From Fonticula alba ATCC 38817 (taxonomy: Eukaryota > Protista > Nucleariida), in NCBI GenBank assembly GCA_000388065.2, contig KB932215.1: a stretch of DNA of 10,909 bases. One strand, written 5' to 3'. How positions within the stretch are numbered: the first letter of the stretch is position 1; every line of letters begins with the position of its first letter. The translations under genes were made by a program, and so were the position numbers. A model generated the notes under the pieces. The model ran no database searches. It was not told the DNA's origin and saw only the letters and a program-made list of their open reading frames with translations. This document shows positions 7,758 through 10,909 of this stretch, piece after piece.

Positions 7758-8885
7758 GATGTACACATGTCCCGCCCGCACGAGAATGCGCTCCCCCTCG
7801 TCTCCCCGGACACTGTCGCGCGCGCGCGCGCGCGGCTCCCGATCCCGGATCTCTCCCCTGCCGCCCCCCTCCCACTGTCCCCCTGTCCCATTGTGCCCCT
7901 CTCTTTGTGACTGTGGCTCGCGCGGATGTGCGCGCGGCCCCGTCCGCGTGTGTTCTGCCGCGCCGCGAGCCTGGGAAGGGGCAATGCATGTGTGCTCTCC
8001 TGCTTTGGCGACTGTGGGGGGAGAGAGGGCCGCCGCGCGCCCTGTGGCGGCTTCTCTTTCGCCCGGCGGGGACCCCTCCTCCCTCGCGCTCTCCCGCTGG
8101 TCGTCCTGGTGGGGGGCGTGTGCGCGCCCTCTCACGGCGGCGGTGTGCAACCCTTGACGCACCACGCGCATTGCGTAACGATATACCCCCCCTCCCTGCG
8201 TGGAGGTGTGTGTGTGTGTGCGTGTTTTGTACTCCCCCCTCGCTCGCCCCCTCGCCCATCGCGCCTGTGAGCGTGTGTGATGTATATAAGGCATGGTGCC
8301 CCCCCCCCTTGCCCTCCCGCCCGTGGAGAGGCTGGGGACATGGCTTGCTCTTGCGCCAGGCGCGACGGCCTCTCACCCCCCGCATGTGTGTGGTTGGGTA
8401 GATCCTCCCCCCCTCTGGCGGGGGAGCACAAAAGCAAGCTGGCGAGAGAGAGGGAAAGCCGGCGCCGCGGTATGTCTGCGCTCCCCTCCATCTCACCCCT
8501 CCTGTGGGGGATGATGTACGCAGCGCGCGCGTGCGCGCGAGGCATACGGGATACCCCTTCATATTCCGAAGCAGATCGCGGATGCGCGGTGCCTTCTCTC
8601 GGCACCGGACGCGCGTCCTGCCGGCCCTCTCCCGATCCTGGCCGCGCCGCCGCCGCCACCGCGCGCTCCCCCTTGTGTGTCCCCTTGACGCCGCGACCTC
8701 CACGGAAAAAATAAACTCACCAAAGAGGGAGGAAAGTTCCTCCCCTTTGTTTTTTAAGGGTGCTCCCGCTCTGTGCGCCTCATGTCCCGCCCACCGCGCC
8801 CCCCCTTGGGGGAAAGTAAAGCCCCGCCAGCAGAGACTCCATGCTTCGCCCCTCTTCGCGCCCTGGTTGCGCGCGCGCCTCCCGT

Positions 8886-8910
8886 CCCCCCCCCCCCCCC
8901 CCCCCCCCCC
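8886..8910. repeat. C25 homopolymer
   Basis: Direct read. Confidence 0.95.
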
Positions 8911-9580
8911 TCCTCGCCCTACATCTCTCGCTCCGCGTGCATATCTCACTGTCCCCCCTTATCACAGCAGCCCTGTGCCCATTCTCTAGGGCCAGATTGG
9001 TGTGAGGTATGGCGGAAGAGGGGGATGTACACGGGGGGAGAGACGGTCACACGCGCGGCCCACGAACAAGCACACCGATTGTGCGTGCTGTCGAGGGCGC
9101 GCGGGGAGATGCGCGCACGCGGGATAGGGACAACAAGAGACGGCCGCCGGCATGGGGGCGCACAGTGCCGCCCGCCGCCTCCCCTTGTGCGGCAAAAGGC
9201 TGGTTTTTGACCGCGCTCTCGCCTTCCCCCTCTTCCTCTTGATATCTCGGCGGACAGAAAGACCCCCCCCCCCCCCTCCCCGCGTCGCACGCTGGAGCGT
9301 CGCCCACCCGGAAATGCCCCTTTGAAAAAAGGGGGCATCCCCCCTGGGAGAAGAGGCATCAGCGTGCGCACCGTCGTCCGGGACTCCGGGAGGGGGGGGA
9401 GATGCTAATGCGAGTGTGCCATCTCATGTGCGTGCTCGCATGATGGTCTCCCAAGTGGGTGGCGCATTCGTCGGGGGAGAACACACTTCCCCGCGCGCAC
9501 GCGGTAAAGTGCAGCAAAGAGCAGGGATAAGCCCATCAAGTGACTCCGTCTCGCGCCCCGTCCCCGCCCGCGCGCCCCCC

Positions 9581-9590
9581 NNNNNNNNNN
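9581..9590. other. Assembly gap (10 N) flanked by an identical 14-mer CCCGCGCGCCCCCC
   Basis: 9567-9580 is identical to 9591-9604, which suggests overlapping contig ends. Confidence 0.9.
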
Positions 9591-10227
9591 CCCGCGCGCC
9601 CCCCTGCCTCTGTGTATGCGTGCGTGTGTGCATGAATAAAAGGGAGGAGGACCTAAGCGCGCGCGCGCATATGAGTATTTGCGTCGGGCGCCACGCGCCC
9701 CTTTTCCGCGTGCATGTGGTGGGTCCCTTCGCCCGAGGTGCGGAGAGACAGCCACAGCCAGCTCTCTCGCCCCTGCATGGTACTTCTCTCGTCGCTCGCT
9801 CTCGCCGTCACCTCTCCCCCGCGCGGGTGGACCGCCCCTTTGCGCGCACGCGCTTCCTCCTCCCCCCCCCTCCCCAGTGCCAAACTGACCAGGGAGAGGA
9901 AGAAGCCCGATCTCACCGCGTGTGTGCGTCGTCGCCATGTGTCTCTCTGCATGTGTACATGCGGCGCAGTGTGGTCTGTGTGACGGCGGCCGAAGGAAGA
10001 AATGGCCCGGGGAGAGAGACCCCCTCTCTCTGCGAGGGGAATCGCGTCTCGGCTGTGTGCTGTGCATGTGCGCGCGAACCGCCTCAATGCACCACGCGCG
10101 CGCACACACACACATGCTTCGGATTTCTCGCCAGTGTTCCCCCCCTTTTATCCATCCTGCGTCGCTCCCCCCTCTAGCATCTGGTGCTCGCGCACGGGGA
10201 AGACGGGGAGCAGAGACACCCTCCCCC

Positions 10228-10313
10228 NNNNNNNNNNNNNNNNNNNNNNNNNNNNNNNNNNNNNNNNNNNNNNNNNNNNNNNNNNNNNNNNNNNNNNNNN
10301 NNNNNNNNNNNNN
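10228..10313. other. Assembly gap (86 N) between C runs
   Basis: Direct read; both flanks are C-rich. Confidence 0.95.
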
Positions 10314-10878
10314 CCCCCCCCCCCCCTCGCTCGCGCACAGCACACTTCCCGGATGCTGGCCTCCTGCAGTTCGTGTCCCGCCGGATGGAGGTGGCCGCCC
10401 CTCTTGGGGCGGATCCTCTTTCTCGGGCGGGGCCGCGAAGGAACGCACATAGGGAGTGTGCGTGTATGTGCAAAGGGAGGGGGGAGGATGGTGGTGCGGC
10501 ACGCCGCCGCCTCGCGGTCCGCAGAGTGGGGGAGAGGGCACCTGCGCCGCAGGCAGATGATCGTCTGTGTTGGTGGGGGCAGGAGGAGGACTTCGCCCCG
10601 GTGAAGCTGAGCTCTCTCTCTCTCTCTTTCTCAACGAGAGGTCATGCCAGGTGTGTATGTGTGTGCATGTGTGTGTATGTAACGACCACAGCCCTACGCT
10701 CTCCCTGCACAACGACACATGTTCATTCCTCCCCCCCCGGTCCACACGAAGATGAAAGTGGCCCGCGCCGGTGGTGTGTGAGAGGCGGCATTTTTTCCCC
10801 CATGTGAAAATGCTGTTGATGCTGTCGCGCGGATGGGGGGGAAGAGACGGCGCGGTGCTTCTTCAGAGAGCACACACG

Positions 10879-10909
<31 letters not shown>
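10879..10909. repeat. C31 homopolymer at the window end (possibly truncated)
   Basis: Direct read. Confidence 0.95.

Noticed and set aside
6897-8949. 465-aa and 497-aa minus-strand ORFs and 315/257-aa plus-strand ORFs
   Set aside because: Arg/Ala/Gly/His-Thr low-complexity products overlapping on both strands, with no recognisable motif.
9405-10807. ORFs spanning the N gaps, including a short coding-like stretch DAGLLQFVSRRMEVAA near 10354-10400
   Set aside because: Frames across gaps are undefined, and about 16 plausible codons without clear splice or start signals is within chance.
1-10909. tRNA, rRNA, CRISPR array, telomeric repeat, transposase or kinetoplastid SIDER-type signature
   Set aside because: By eye I found no cloverleaf or T-loop consensus, no repeat-spacer periodicity, no TTAGGG arrays and no catalytic motifs or recognisable signature. 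A covariance-model or Dfam search was not run.

Overview
This is GC-rich, low-complexity eukaryotic genomic DNA, most plausibly from a microbial eukaryote; the organism cannot be assigned from the sequence. Only one coding region is well supported: an intronless 148-aa Gln/Ala-rich ORF at 2823-3269 (+), with strong codon bias and sharp compositional boundaries. The other ~10.4 kb looks non-coding. It is dominated by alternating purine-pyrimidine tracts (TG/CG/CA/TA mixtures), a (CT)19 microsatellite, long C and G homopolymers and short hairpins. The many long ORFs in the six-frame track (CVCV, HTHT, RAR, poly-P/G) are explained by stop-codon scarcity in GC-rich repeats. There are two N gaps, and both window ends lie in simple repeats, so this may be a whole short-read scaffold. 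I found no tRNA, rRNA, CRISPR array or recognisable transposase. The best leads are the unusual acid-free Q/A/K/C protein, two similar G-quadruplex-then-C-run modules at 5.4-5.8 kb, a nested 73-bp palindrome at 7685-7757 and a recurrent GCGCGCATAT motif. Nothing here demonstrates a new biological system.
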